A stretch of 62,529 bases of DNA, counting the filler, from Moniliella sp. 'wahieum' (taxonomy: Eukaryota): the NCBI GenBank assembly GCA_003971905.1. It is 4 parts of 4 records of this genome, joined end to end, with 100 filler letters (N's around TTAATTAATTAA, not from the genome) between each part and the next. Parts side by side here need not be neighbours in the genome. Positions count along the whole stretch, not along the records: positions 34,319 to 49,834 come from RSEE01000208.1; positions 49,935 to 62,529 come from RSEE01000210.1; 2 more parts are not named here. The stretch is one strand, 5' to 3'. Every line of letters begins with the position of its first letter. Within the stretch, counting starts at the first letter, position 1. Below the pieces are notes generated by a model. The model had not been told where the DNA came from. It saw only the letters and a program-made list of their open reading frames with translations, and searched no databases. A program made the translations under genes and the position numbers. This document shows positions 48,725 to 59,440 of this stretch, piece after piece.

Positions 48725-49774
48725 TTACCTGCTCTTTTTGGCGCGTGGGCATCCGCCTGTTCGGCCAGGGCGGCAGTGCCGTGCCCGCCGACGCATGCTT
48801 GATCGCTTTCCGCACATTGATCTCGGGTGCGGTCTTGTTAGCCTTGCGGCATGCGGCCCAGGACTCCATCTGGGCCGAGCGTTCGGCCGAGCCCGGCTTT
48901 TCGTTCGGGGCAAAACTTGCGCTTAATGCCCTTGACGCGGGCATCGTCGCCCTTGAGTTTGCGGTCAAAGTTGCCGAGGGAAGCGGTGGAGAGCTTGGTG
49001 CGCAACAAGTCGCCTTCGAGGTGGCGCTTGTGCGCCTCGCGTGCGGCAGACGCTTGTTTTTCTCCGTCTCGGCTTGGGCGGAGGAGGAGGCAGTGGCCTG
49101 GGCGCGCTCGAGGTTCTTGAGTCGCTTCTTTTCGTTGGTGCCTTGCGTTCCTTGCGCTCCTTTGGCCTGCGCGCGGGTTAAAAGCGGGATGCGCAGACAC
49201 AACAACATTAACAGGTCAGCACGGAGGGGGCTCAGTCGAGGAGAAAAGGGTGGCTAAGCGCCGAGAAAGATGGGGGACATACCAGCGTTGGCCGGCACTT
49301 CATGCAACCATTGTTTCCGCATCCTTGTTGGCGCCACGGAGCCCCAGCGGTTGACCCATTCCTTCTTTTCCTCGTCCCAGACTTTGCGATCTTCTTGCTG
49401 TGCGAAATGCCCTTTTCGCGAGCAAAACTTCTCCCACTTGGTCAAGGGCTTGCGCCGGCCTGGGCAGCGGCTTCTCCCGCGGTTCGCTGACCCGGTCCGC
49501 AGGCAGATGGGCGGGAGGGTGACCAGCGGGCGTACTCGGGGTGGCGGGTGTAGGGAGAGTGAAGACGGGTTGAGCAAGGCCTGGGTGGCTTGCGCGCGTG
49601 CGCACGCAGGTACGTCTCGCGCTCGTCCGCGGCGAGCTGGCCAGGTCGGGGGCGTTGGGGTCGACGGTGGTCAGGAAGCCGACATCGAGCTGGATGGGGG
49701 AGCCCGCGCTGCTTGACCTCGGTCGAGGTGGCGGCGGGCGCAGGCGCGGACGCAGGATCTGCTACGGCCGACAT
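48725..49774 (-). CDS. RRS1: Ribosome biogenesis regulatory protein Rrs1
   Basis: PREKPLP..KPLTKWEKF, KVWDEEKKEWVNRWG, QWLHEVP, STASLGNFDRKLKG..KGIKRKF; one intron near 49190-49282; indels. Confidence 0.9.
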
Positions 49775-49834
49775 TCGCAGGGTGTTGGTTGGTTGGGAGA
49801 GGGGGTGGGGCTGGCCAGGCAGCCGGCCGAGCTG

Positions 49835-49934
49835 NNNNNNNNNNNNNNNNNNNNNNNNNNNNNNNNNNNNNNNNNNNNTTAATTAATTAANNNNNNNNNN
49901 NNNNNNNNNNNNNNNNNNNNNNNNNNNNNNNNNN
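49835..49934. other. Artificial contig linker
   Basis: N44-TTAATTAATTAA-N44. Confidence 0.98.
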
Positions 49935-50135
49935 GAGAGGGCCGAGGGGGATAGCGAGCTACCCGAAGGAGAGAGAGAGTTATGCCGAGGCGATAGCTCG
50001 CTATAAAATCGTCCGATCTATGCAGCATATGCCCTCCGTTTTCCATCCGACGCCCGTTCAAAAGTTACACCCACCCCACCCTAACCCTCACCCCCCTCAC
50101 CCACCCCACCCTAACCCTCACCCCCCTCACCCACC
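49935..50135 (-). repeat. Reverse-complement copy of the 40-bp/140-bp junction with CCCTAACCC tracts, at contig start
   Basis: GCTACCCGAAGG..GAGAGTTATGCCGAGGCGATAGCTCGCTA..AAATCGTCCG..TATGCAGCATATGCCCTCCGTTTT..AAAAGTTACACC..CCCTAACCC matches 15285-15420 reversed; the CCCTAACCC tract is duplicated with a 30-bp period. Confidence 0.92.
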
Positions 50136-50301
50136 ACCATGCCTGACACACCCCCCGACACACCAAGACCAGGCGTCGCATCACAGTGAGAGTGGTAGGG
50201 GTGGATAGCTACAGCCTTGGGCTACTCAAACTAACTCACTCCCGTGGTCTTCCAGTCAAAAGTTGTCTCAACCCTGAATGGGTGGGGTGGGCATGCCCTT
50301 G

Positions 50302-50319
50302 TAACCCCTAACCCTAACC
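50302..50319 (-). repeat. Short interstitial telomeric tract (TAACCCCTAACCCTAACC)
   Basis: About three CCCTAA-type units directly abutting LTR family C copy 2. Confidence 0.75.
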
Positions 50320-50512
50320 ACTAGTTGGTTCGTCTGCTTCGTGGGCCAACCGACTTAGTGGTCTGAGAGCTGCAAGGTTCTGTAGCTCGAGTTATCTTTT
50401 CTTCTTTTTCCCTACTTTGCGTATAAGTAGGACGACCCCTCGCGGGTATACAATGCTAGTCTTTACCACACCCACCCCCTTTGGCTTGCCTGGTAGACTC
50501 CGCTACTTTACA
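50319..50512. mobile_element. LTR-like repeat, family C, copy 2 (truncated)
   Basis: Reverse complement of 40444-~40640; keeps the CA terminus at 50512, other end replaced by telomeric repeats. Confidence 0.75.
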
Positions 50513-51020
50513 AGATCCATCACCTCCTCCCTCTCTCTCCTTCTCTCCGTAGGCCTTTGTCCTCGCCTTGACACCCCTCCTGTGGTGTGGGTCCCCTCGG
50601 GACTCCCCCCTTGACATTCAGGCTGACGGAAGAGGTGACGGAATCATGAAGGGCCAAAGAGTGCGAACAAACGAGATGAAGAGAGAGATTGGTCGGTATA
50701 AGCAACAGGACGGGCCATAAGGACCACAACCAATAGCCGTAGGTAGGGCTACTGGTCCACAGGAGGGATCAGACCAAAGGGAGCAGAACAGGTCCACCTT
50801 CCCAACACCCCCTCCAATCACGAGCGGGTGCCACTGCCATTGGTGGTCAGCGGTACACACCACCACTAGAAGTGCCTGGTAACATTAGCACCTTCGCGCA
50901 CACCTTCCCGTCTGGTGTCGGGGCAAATGGGGCTTGGCCGATGGGGCTACTGTCATAGATGACCCCTACGTTCCAAGAGGATTGTAGTGTGTTGTCGTCG
51001 AGTGCTGATGCACCAATTTG

Positions 51021-53690
51021 TTAGCAACCTCGAAGTTGAATTCGAAATAACCCTGCCAGAGGACCATCACGATAAGGGAAGTGATAGATGTTCCGATTGA
51101 GAGCGCACCAGAGAGGGTATACTTCATTCTGATGTGCCATACAACAGAGGGGAGGAAAAGTCAGTCTTATGACAACCGAGTAACCGAGACGGGTGGGGGC
51201 GAAAAACGTACGAAAGCCAGTAATTGCCCTGCCGTGCACGGCTAAAAAAGTAGGAAAAGAGCAACCAAAAAAGATCCAGGATGTGTAGCTAATCGAATCG
51301 TTGGAGGTCCAGTCGGAGATACACCCAAAAATCACCGGCACAACGATCCAGGCTGGTTTGAAGCGGTAAAAAAGCATCGACCGCCAGCGCGATAGGGCAT
51401 AGACAGGGAGAGGAAGCAAGGCGCCAATCAGAAACCCATACAAGGTCCAAGAGTACAGTTTCAGGAAACCAACGTATGGTCCCACTCCGCCCCAGTATTG
51501 TACATCATTTCTGTATGCACCCGAGTTAGACGCAGCATTGTTGCTTGACAAAGAGGAATAGATGTGTCCTGACCCGGAAGAAGCCAATTCTTGCTCTTTG
51601 CCTTGGTGAATCCAGAACCCAGCATGAACCAAGCTACAGGCAATCTGCACACCAACTTGGGTAAGAAAATTGACGCGCGGTGGAATCTTGAAGTAATGGC
51701 ACAGCTTGGATCCGCCAGCAAAGAGCGCGGCTTGATGGATGATGTTGTTGGTGAATAGGCTGAACACAACGATACTGGTGGTGTTGTGCTCAAAAAGAAG
51801 TCCTGCGACGAGGCACGAAAAGTGGCGCAGGGAGACTTGGATCCCTGTGATGCCCTGGACCAGGCAGATCGGAACGAAAAAAACCAAGGACACAAGAAGA
51901 GCGACGAACAAACCCCACACAGGGAACCGGTGTGGTACACGTGTACTGCAGGAATGCAAAGAGCGATGCACACCACGAATAGCCCAAGACTCCACCAAGT
52001 GGGTACCTGTTTATAGTTGGTGAGTATGGCACGGGTGTGGGGATCGTACGCGCTAGCTGGCTTTAGCCGTAACCAGTGGCGAATATCCGCCCCGTGGAAA
52101 AGCCCGACATGCACCAACACGGACGACACTGCAATAAAGGAAAAGAAGATGGCCACAACACTCATGGCGGACAGGTAAGGAAACGAGTAGGAGTTGTACT
52201 CATCTAAATCAAACCGTAATGGTTCCTCTAAGGAAGTGTTGCCCACGTTTAGGCCGAGATACAGGTAAGGCGACCCCATGTAATCGGATGGCAACGCATT
52301 TGAGAAGGGAATTTGGGCCATGTGATGGGTATTGGTGCACATGAGAGCCACTCCGATTACACACCCTCCCAAAATGACCCCAACCAACGCACACACCAAG
52401 ACATACGGTGGCACAATCAAGGGGGACAACCCCATTGCCGTCACAACCTTGTACCAATCGAAGGTGATCATGTGGAGTCCCAGTCCGTTGCTGCCACCAA
52501 AAAGGAGGTTAATGGCAAACGAATGCGGGTGCCATCCACGGTAAGAAGCTGAATGTTTGCATTGGCATAAAAAACACCCTCGGTACCCATTCCCATAGGG
52601 CGATGAGCACCAGCACGCACCAGAAACGGGTCGCATAGGCCAATGGGTGGCACGGATCCCATGCAGAGCAGTCGGACAGACGATGTCTCCAGCTGCACGG
52701 GCCACACGAGCGGCTCAGGCCAGACCAGCACCTTGTGAGCCAGATTGGCAAGGGGAAAGCCTAGAAGTGGTGCGGCAATGGTGAGAAGAAAGATGAACCC
52801 TGGCTTCCACAAATCCACCTGCAAAATAGCCTGGATGTTAAGAGAGTCAGATACCATAAACTTTGCGTTCACTAGAGCTGTGAGCATGAAGAGGGTCTGG
52901 TTGGGGCCAGTGGTGATGCCCGCAATGACGGTTAGCAACCTGTGATAGTGTTAGCAGAGCTGCTTTAGAATAACAGAGAAATGAAGTGTGAGGGCGGCAG
53001 AATGGTCCCAAACTTACGCATGCTCCTTACAGTTGAACGGCCCGGGATTGAAGAAATGTTTGAAGGCCCAGTGGTCGGGGTACGGAATCATGGACATCAG
53101 TTTGCCCAACCCATATGCAAACGGCTGAATAAACACGGATCCTACCAGTGTTGAAGCATCGCCCGTAATAAAGACAACGTCCAACTCAAAATACAAGATC
53201 GAGAGTCCGACGGTGATCAAGGATCCAATGAGCCACACACGTGCCGTGTTGATTGGTAAGGAAGGGTCGTCCTCGTTGGGGACTGTGGCGCGAACTTCAG
53301 GCAGGGAAGAGATGGCTTGGTTAAAATTGGCGTCGACCCCGTTATCGTCCCCATTTTCATCGTCGGACATGGAAGAGGTGAAGGTGTCGCACATGGCGAT
53401 GTTTTCGCTTTGGAAGATACTGTCCTTGCCCATATACGTATCGTAGATAGAACGGCGGTGATTCATGTCCAGGAGCGATCTACCGTCAGGATCTGTGGCG
53501 TCCGTGACATCCTCCTGCCCGTGGGCAAGCGAATATGCCCGGAAGTTAGTCGTGTTGAAGGATTCGGAACGGATGGAATCCTGGCGATCGGACGGGGGAG
53601 CCTCATCAGCGCGAGGTTCAGTAATGGTTCCGTCAATGGTTCTTGATCGAGGTCATCGGGATGGGAGAGCCCCGACGGCGGGTTCGCCAT
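51021..53690 (-). CDS. OPT-family oligopeptide transporter; intron ~52940-53017, indels
   Basis: SSLPEVRATVPNEDDPSLPINTARVW, NPGPFNCKEH, LVWP...VWP, GLGLHMITFDW, DPHTRAILTNYKQVPTWW, KLCHYFKIPPR, WGGVGP. Confidence 0.92.
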
Positions 53691-55581
53691 GGACAATAAC
53701 GATAATGGACCGGTGTCCTCGGCAGCGGTCTTGGTGCTCCACATTTTGGTGCTGATGAGTATGAGTGGCTCGGGGACGATGACGAATGAGAGGGAGATGG
53801 TGGAGGAGGTAAGGAAAGAGAGGCGTCCAGTGAGCTGGGGTCGGTACCACCCTAGCTTCTGTTCTTTTTATCACGCCTTTATGTCTACCGCCACCGCTGC
53901 GAGTAGGATGTGTGTGGTGTCGCAAGTCCGGCGTGCCCACCATCGGATAGAGTCGCTGTCGCCTACTGTGTTACTGCGGATCAATCCTAAGCGAGAAATG
54001 GAGCCGAGCTGCGCGCTTCGTCAGAGATTAAGCTCGTCTCTATTGGGTTTCTGAGCGGGGTTGGGGCGACAAACGTTAAACGCGTCACTCATGAGCACAA
54101 AGGTCCATCTCTCTCTGAGGGAGGCACCAGAGGGCACGCAGGCCTAACGTCGCAAATGACGGAACCGCTGTCAGGAACATTTATGGCTGCTAGGTTACCC
54201 GCCACTGTGCCATCGACACCGACCTCTGTCCATGTTTGAATCTAATCAATACTATGCACGAGTACTTGGACTTGTGGAGAGATACAACAGATGTGAGTCG
54301 ATGCAGGCACGCCCTTGGGGAAGGCTAATGAGTAGGGTGCGCCGTGAGGCTCGCCAGCGGCTTGCCCCGGCGCGGGAGAGGACTGGAATCTTGTTGGGGC
54401 AAGATAAGTACACCAGCACCTTGCATACATGCTTCGAGGCACCGTATGACGAACATTAGAGATGTTTGAGCCGCTCCTCACGGCATCCGTGGGAGCACTT
54501 TCGACAAATCAAAAGTATGATTGCCTAAGCTGCTTAAACGGGCATGGAGCAAATGCCTCTGAGCGGCACCAGAGGGCAGGCCGACTCGGGAATACAATGA
54601 CTACCTCAGCGGGGGAACACAGGCCCAGTTCGCTTTCTCAGGGAGACACCAGGAGGGAGTCCTGCTCGGCTCTGGCGTAACTGGGCCAGTGCCCCACAGG
54701 CGGGGGGCGTCTCGGCTTCAGAATGACTTTTTAGGCTGACGGGAGAGGGTCCAGTCCTCTTTCTTATGAAGGGGCCAGGCAGGCGTGCGGATGGACTGCA
54801 GATCAGAATGATCATGAACGACCAAAAATCTGTTGTTGCATAGAGCTGCAGGCAGCCATAGTCCTCGCTATTTGTACCGCGGACGCGTACGATCTTGTTC
54901 ATATGCTGTGAGAGAGGATTCCCCATGTTTCAGCGCCACTTCCACCAACTATTTCGAAACGCGTCACGAGTTTGACCCCGCTATCGGGGCTCATATATTA
55001 AACGTCCTGAAAAAGCCGCTGGGGAGAGGGGATCCCTAACCCGACGAGGCAACTAAGGATGGAATGAGGGAAACATGGGCAATCCTTTGAGGGGGGATGC
55101 CACAAGCGTTAGCCACCGACAAAGGGCGAACGGAAGACCGGAGGAATCGAGGGCAATGGGATGAAAAGGTGAAGGATGCGAGCCAAGAACGCGAGCGTGC
55201 GTGTCGTTTGTCGTCCACAAAGGCTTTCTGCTGTCCCACCGGAACCACCACAGAACCAGGCACACAGTGCTATACAACCGCGACGGCACCAGGCCACTGT
55301 CCGGGTGCTTCTGCCTGAGACAGCAGAATGATCTCCAGGCCTGCGCTCAGGCTCAGGCTTCAGGCCTCAGGCCGTGCAGGACACCACGTGTAGGGTTACG
55401 CGTGGGTTGTGCACGGCCCATCCCAACCAGTTGCGCGTCGCCCTGTGCGGTGCGCCCTGCCCAGCGATGCGCCGCGCGTTCTTCTTGCCGCCCACCGCAT
55501 TCTGCGCGACGCGAAGCGCGCCCCAGCCCCCCAACCCCTGTGGCCACCACACCGCCCTTCCTCTCCCTGCCTGCCAAGGTG

Positions 55582-57820
55582 ATGCACAACATTTGCGCGT
55601 GCGGCGTGCTCGCTCTTCATCAGCTCATCAAGCTTGCCTGGACCTGCAAGGGTATGTCTCTCCTCCTTCCGCGGCCTCGGCCTCGGCCTCGGCCTCGGCC
55701 CCGGATAGACCACGATTGACATTTGACATTAACATTGACATGTTGCCCCAGCGTTGCATTCCCAGCTGCAGGACGAGTCGGTTTGGCACCGGCTGGCCAT
55801 CCGTTTTCTTGGTCTGCCCCGCTCTTGTACCACGTTGGCCCATGCCGCGCGCATCGCCGGGTTCGCCACTGTCCCCCAGACATGGCAGGGCCTCGTGGTC
55901 GCTGCCGAGCTGCTGGAGCGGCAGTTCGGATGGAGCGCAAAGGGGTGGATCCACCCCCGTTTAGCACGGCTGCGCCATACGTAGATCTCGAGGAAGATCT
56001 GGCTGATTTCATCAGTCCCTATCCCTGGAGTTCGGACCCGCGCTTGCCTGAAGACTACGTTTCCCGCGTCTTTCTCAACACCCCGACCAGCATGTTTAAT
56101 CCGCTTGAGGGTGGTTTGATCGAGGTGATGGAGCTCCCCTCGTTTAAAAAATTGACCACGGTTACTTTGCCGCCGCTGCCCGCCCAGCCCCTGGACACCC
56201 ACCCAGCACATATTGCGGGTCCATCGAGAGGGGAAGATGGTGCTCTTTTTTTGGACTTGGAGGTGGGAGGTCGATGAAGGTACGTTGCCCCCCCCCCCCC
56301 CTTGTTAGGTCGCCTTTCCTTTGGCTCTGCTACAGTGCTCTAACGTTACCTCTTGTGCTGCCAAGACTGGGTGGACTATGGGGAGAAATGCCGCATTCCC
56401 TTCAACATGTCGACTGTTTCTTTTGAGTCAGAGACGCGCCGGAGGTGGTACGCACCATGTGTATGTGTTCTAGAGACCTTACCCACCCACAATACCAACG
56501 CATGCTGAACAACATCATGTTATTTACCGCGGTCTGTTACCGATGGTGTATCACCTGTATGTCCGACTGTTTCGTATCTGCGTCGTGCGAAATAACCGTA
56601 TTGACCTATTGACCCTCCCTTTAGCTCTGGAAAGGACCGCACCCACCTGTCCACCTTCAACGTTGAGACTGGAGAAGAGAAAAAAGGCGTGGTGGGACAG
56701 ATCATCCCTGGTCCTCGAACGTATCGCCGCCCCACGTCCGTCCGGACCTGGAGAAAGAATTGGAGTATGTACGATGCATCTTATGGGGTTTGGCCGCTAA
56801 CTCTGTAGTCGCAGGTCTGAATTGTTTCACTGGAAACTGTTTGCGGATGACCAGTACATCTACCTCATTTCCAGGGCAATCTTATCGCCCTGTCACCCGA
56901 AAGGGACGGACCGTGTGGTCGTTTTAAAGATGTGTGGAAGGATGAGAACGCTAGCCATGTGGACGATGTCGACATTTTATCCTCGACCCTAAGCGTATGG
57001 ATGCCAATGGTCGCTCCATGGACCGTGTACTAGGAGATTATGTACGTCCCCCTTCTTGCTTCTTCTTCCAAAAGCTGAGCTGACTCGGGAGATACAGCGA
57101 CCGCATGCAAGCTCTTTGGCATTGGCACGGGAAAGATGGCTGTGCAAGAAGTCTTTTTCGACGCGACCACGGAAACGCTTCTGATCAGTGTGTTCCAAGC
57201 TGGGTTCGGGCTCCCGTTTCCGTCGAAGGGCTTCACGCTCTGTGGCTCATCAAGGATTACAAGAAAATGCTCGTGTCGGAACGTGTGCGCTGGATGGCGT
57301 TTATCCAGCTGCAGGAGTCCACGTTCCCTTACCACTGTGGCCATTCCCTGGGCAGGGGGAGAATGTTCTTGCCACAGATCAACTACGGCTGGCGATGGAA
57401 CGAGAACGGCAAACCTGTGGTGGAAGAAGAGCCACGCGGGATCCAGCCTGATGGCTTGCTTGTGCCGTTTGTCATTGACTGGAAACACGCGCGGGACCGA
57501 GAGAGATCCGGCTGTGCCGGCTGATCGCTGGTCCGATCTGGCACTCCCCCTCGCCCGCCGACGACGGCACGGTTGTCACGCGGGTTGCCAAGAAGCGCCA
57601 GAAGGGCTCGCCGGAGGAGTTGCTCTATGAGAGCGTGATTGCGGCTTCGCTGCGGCTCAAGTACAATACCTTGACCCCGACTGGCGCGACGCTGATCCTG
57701 CTGGACGAGGAGAGCCAGCTGCACCTCGAGCACAGCATGGATGTCGGCCAGCTCAAGACGAGTGCGTTCCTCGTGTGGGACTGGGGCCAGAAGGCCGAGC
57801 GCTGGTTGGCGGCACACTAG
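55582..57820 (+). CDS. Putative multi-exon orphan gene(s)
   Basis: Protein-like plus-strand segments separated by GTATGT/GTACGT..CTAAC..AG intron-like intervals (e.g. 55652, 56280, 56460, 56766); no family recognised. Confidence 0.35.
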
Positions 57821-58010
57821 CCGTGCCCCAAGAGAAGTACTAGATTGCCGATGCATCCTCACTTGGTCCAGACAGCACGCCAGATGGGCACAGACGAGTG
57901 GAATGGCTGTGGATATAGATAGAGTGACCTTAGGTGCCGAGCGAGCGCCACCCACCTAAACGAGCGGTAAAGGTAGTAGAAACGGCCGCTTTGGTGCGCG
58001 ATCACAGAAG

Positions 58011-58084
58011 GTAGGGTTAGACGCACTGGCGCGCACGTGGAGTGGACGCACCGCTGACGTCAGCCGCACCACCAGAATTTTTTC
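58011..58084 (+). promoter_or_regulatory. Motif cluster upstream of EF-1beta
   Basis: GTAGGGTTAG (58011), CACGTG (58034), palindrome GCTGACGTCAGC (58053-58064), AATTTTTTTC (~58077). Confidence 0.35.
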
Positions 58085-58141
58085 GAGTTGGGCGGTGCTG
58101 CTGCTGCTGCTCCTCCGCCTCCTCCTCCACCGCCTGCCGCC

Positions 58142-59058
58142 ATGTCCCTCCCCGACTTTAGCAACGCCGCCGCTCTTGCCGGTCTCGAGAAGCTCCTCGC
58201 CGACAAGTTACGTCTCGGGGTACGTTGTCCCTCCCTCCCCTCTCCGTGATGATCCTACGCTATGGTCCGTGTTTCCGAGCCCAGCGGCGTAAGACCCCGA
58301 CTTTTTTCTGCAGTGAAGACAGCCACTTCTATGGCTCTCTGAGAACCTCCCTTCCTCCCTCCCTTGCCTCCTTTGCCTTGGCCCTGGCCTGACGGCGCGT
58401 TGTGTTGCCCTGATGCTGACCATCCTCGCTCTTGTTTTGTCTGTCTTTGTAGCGCCCAGCCGTCCCAGGCCGACGTTGCCACCTACGAGGCGGTGGCCGC
58501 GGGTGTGTGTTTGCCAAGTACCCGCACGTTGCGCGCTGGTTTGCCCACGTTGCTTCGTACGAGGCGGAGCACCCGGCTCTGAAGGGGACAAGGCTGCTGC
58601 GGCCTCGGCGCTGGCGGGTGGGGTGTGGCCTCGGGAGCCAAGGGCGGCGGCGGAGGAAGAGGACGACGACGATGTGGACCTGTTTGGCTCGGACGACGAG
58701 GAGGAGGGACGCGGAGGCGGCGCGTGTCAAGGCGGAGCGTGTGGCCGAGTACGAAAAGAAGAAGGCGGCCAAGGGCCCCAAGGGCCCAGCCAAGTCGGTG
58801 GTCACGCTCGAGGTCAAGCCGTGGGACGATGAGACGCCGATGCCCGAGCTGGGAGAAGACGGTGCGCTCGATCGAGATGGAAGGCGGGGTGTGGGGTCGT
58901 CCAAGTTGGTGCCTGTCGGATAACGGACGTGAGCAAGTTGCAGATCACGCTTGTCGTCGAGGACGACAGGTGTCGCTGGAGGACCTGCAGGAAGCGATTG
59001 AGTCCCAGGGCAGGACTATGTGCAGTCGACCGACATTGCTGCGATGCAGAAGCTCTGA
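58142..59058 (+). CDS. EFB1: Translation elongation factor 1-beta; intron 58220-58452
   Basis: [85 protein letters not shown]. Confidence 0.96.
58241..58346 (+). ncRNA. snR18: Box C/D snoRNA U18/snR18-like, intronic
   Basis: Box C GTGATGA (58246-58252), guide TGGTCCGTGTTT (58263-58274) complementary to LSU rRNA AAACACGGACCA, D' CCGA, C' GTGAAGA (58313), box D CTGA (58339-58342). Confidence 0.88.
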
Positions 59059-59440
59059 GTTTGGGGTGTTTGAGTACCTCTCCTGTCGTGCAAACGAAAG
59101 CATTGGACGTGTCGTGAAGTGCTGGCTGCCCGATCCAAGGGGGTCCTCGTCTGGGATGGCGTGTGGTAGCTGTGTCGTAGCATCGGTGGGTGGTCTGTGC
59201 ATCGCATCAATTAACAACTAGATTTTCCGCGCGCAGTTTGAAAGTTGCAGGCGTGTGCTAGGGTTGGGACGCGGCCGACGCGACGGACGCGACGCGATCC
59301 GACCGCCGCGACGCGAGCAGGCAGTCTGTGGCCACACTAAGCAGTTGGGACAGCGCGTCGCAGGGGGGCTGACCACCACCACCACTCCCACCACCACCAC
59401 CACCACCTCCCCTGCGTGGCCACCAGCCGGACAGCTCGCC

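Noticed and set aside
58142..59058. Pseudogene or programmed frameshifting in EFB1 (also RRS1 and the ABC genes)
   Set aside because: Indels occur in all genes without motif decay, which is best explained by sequencing error.
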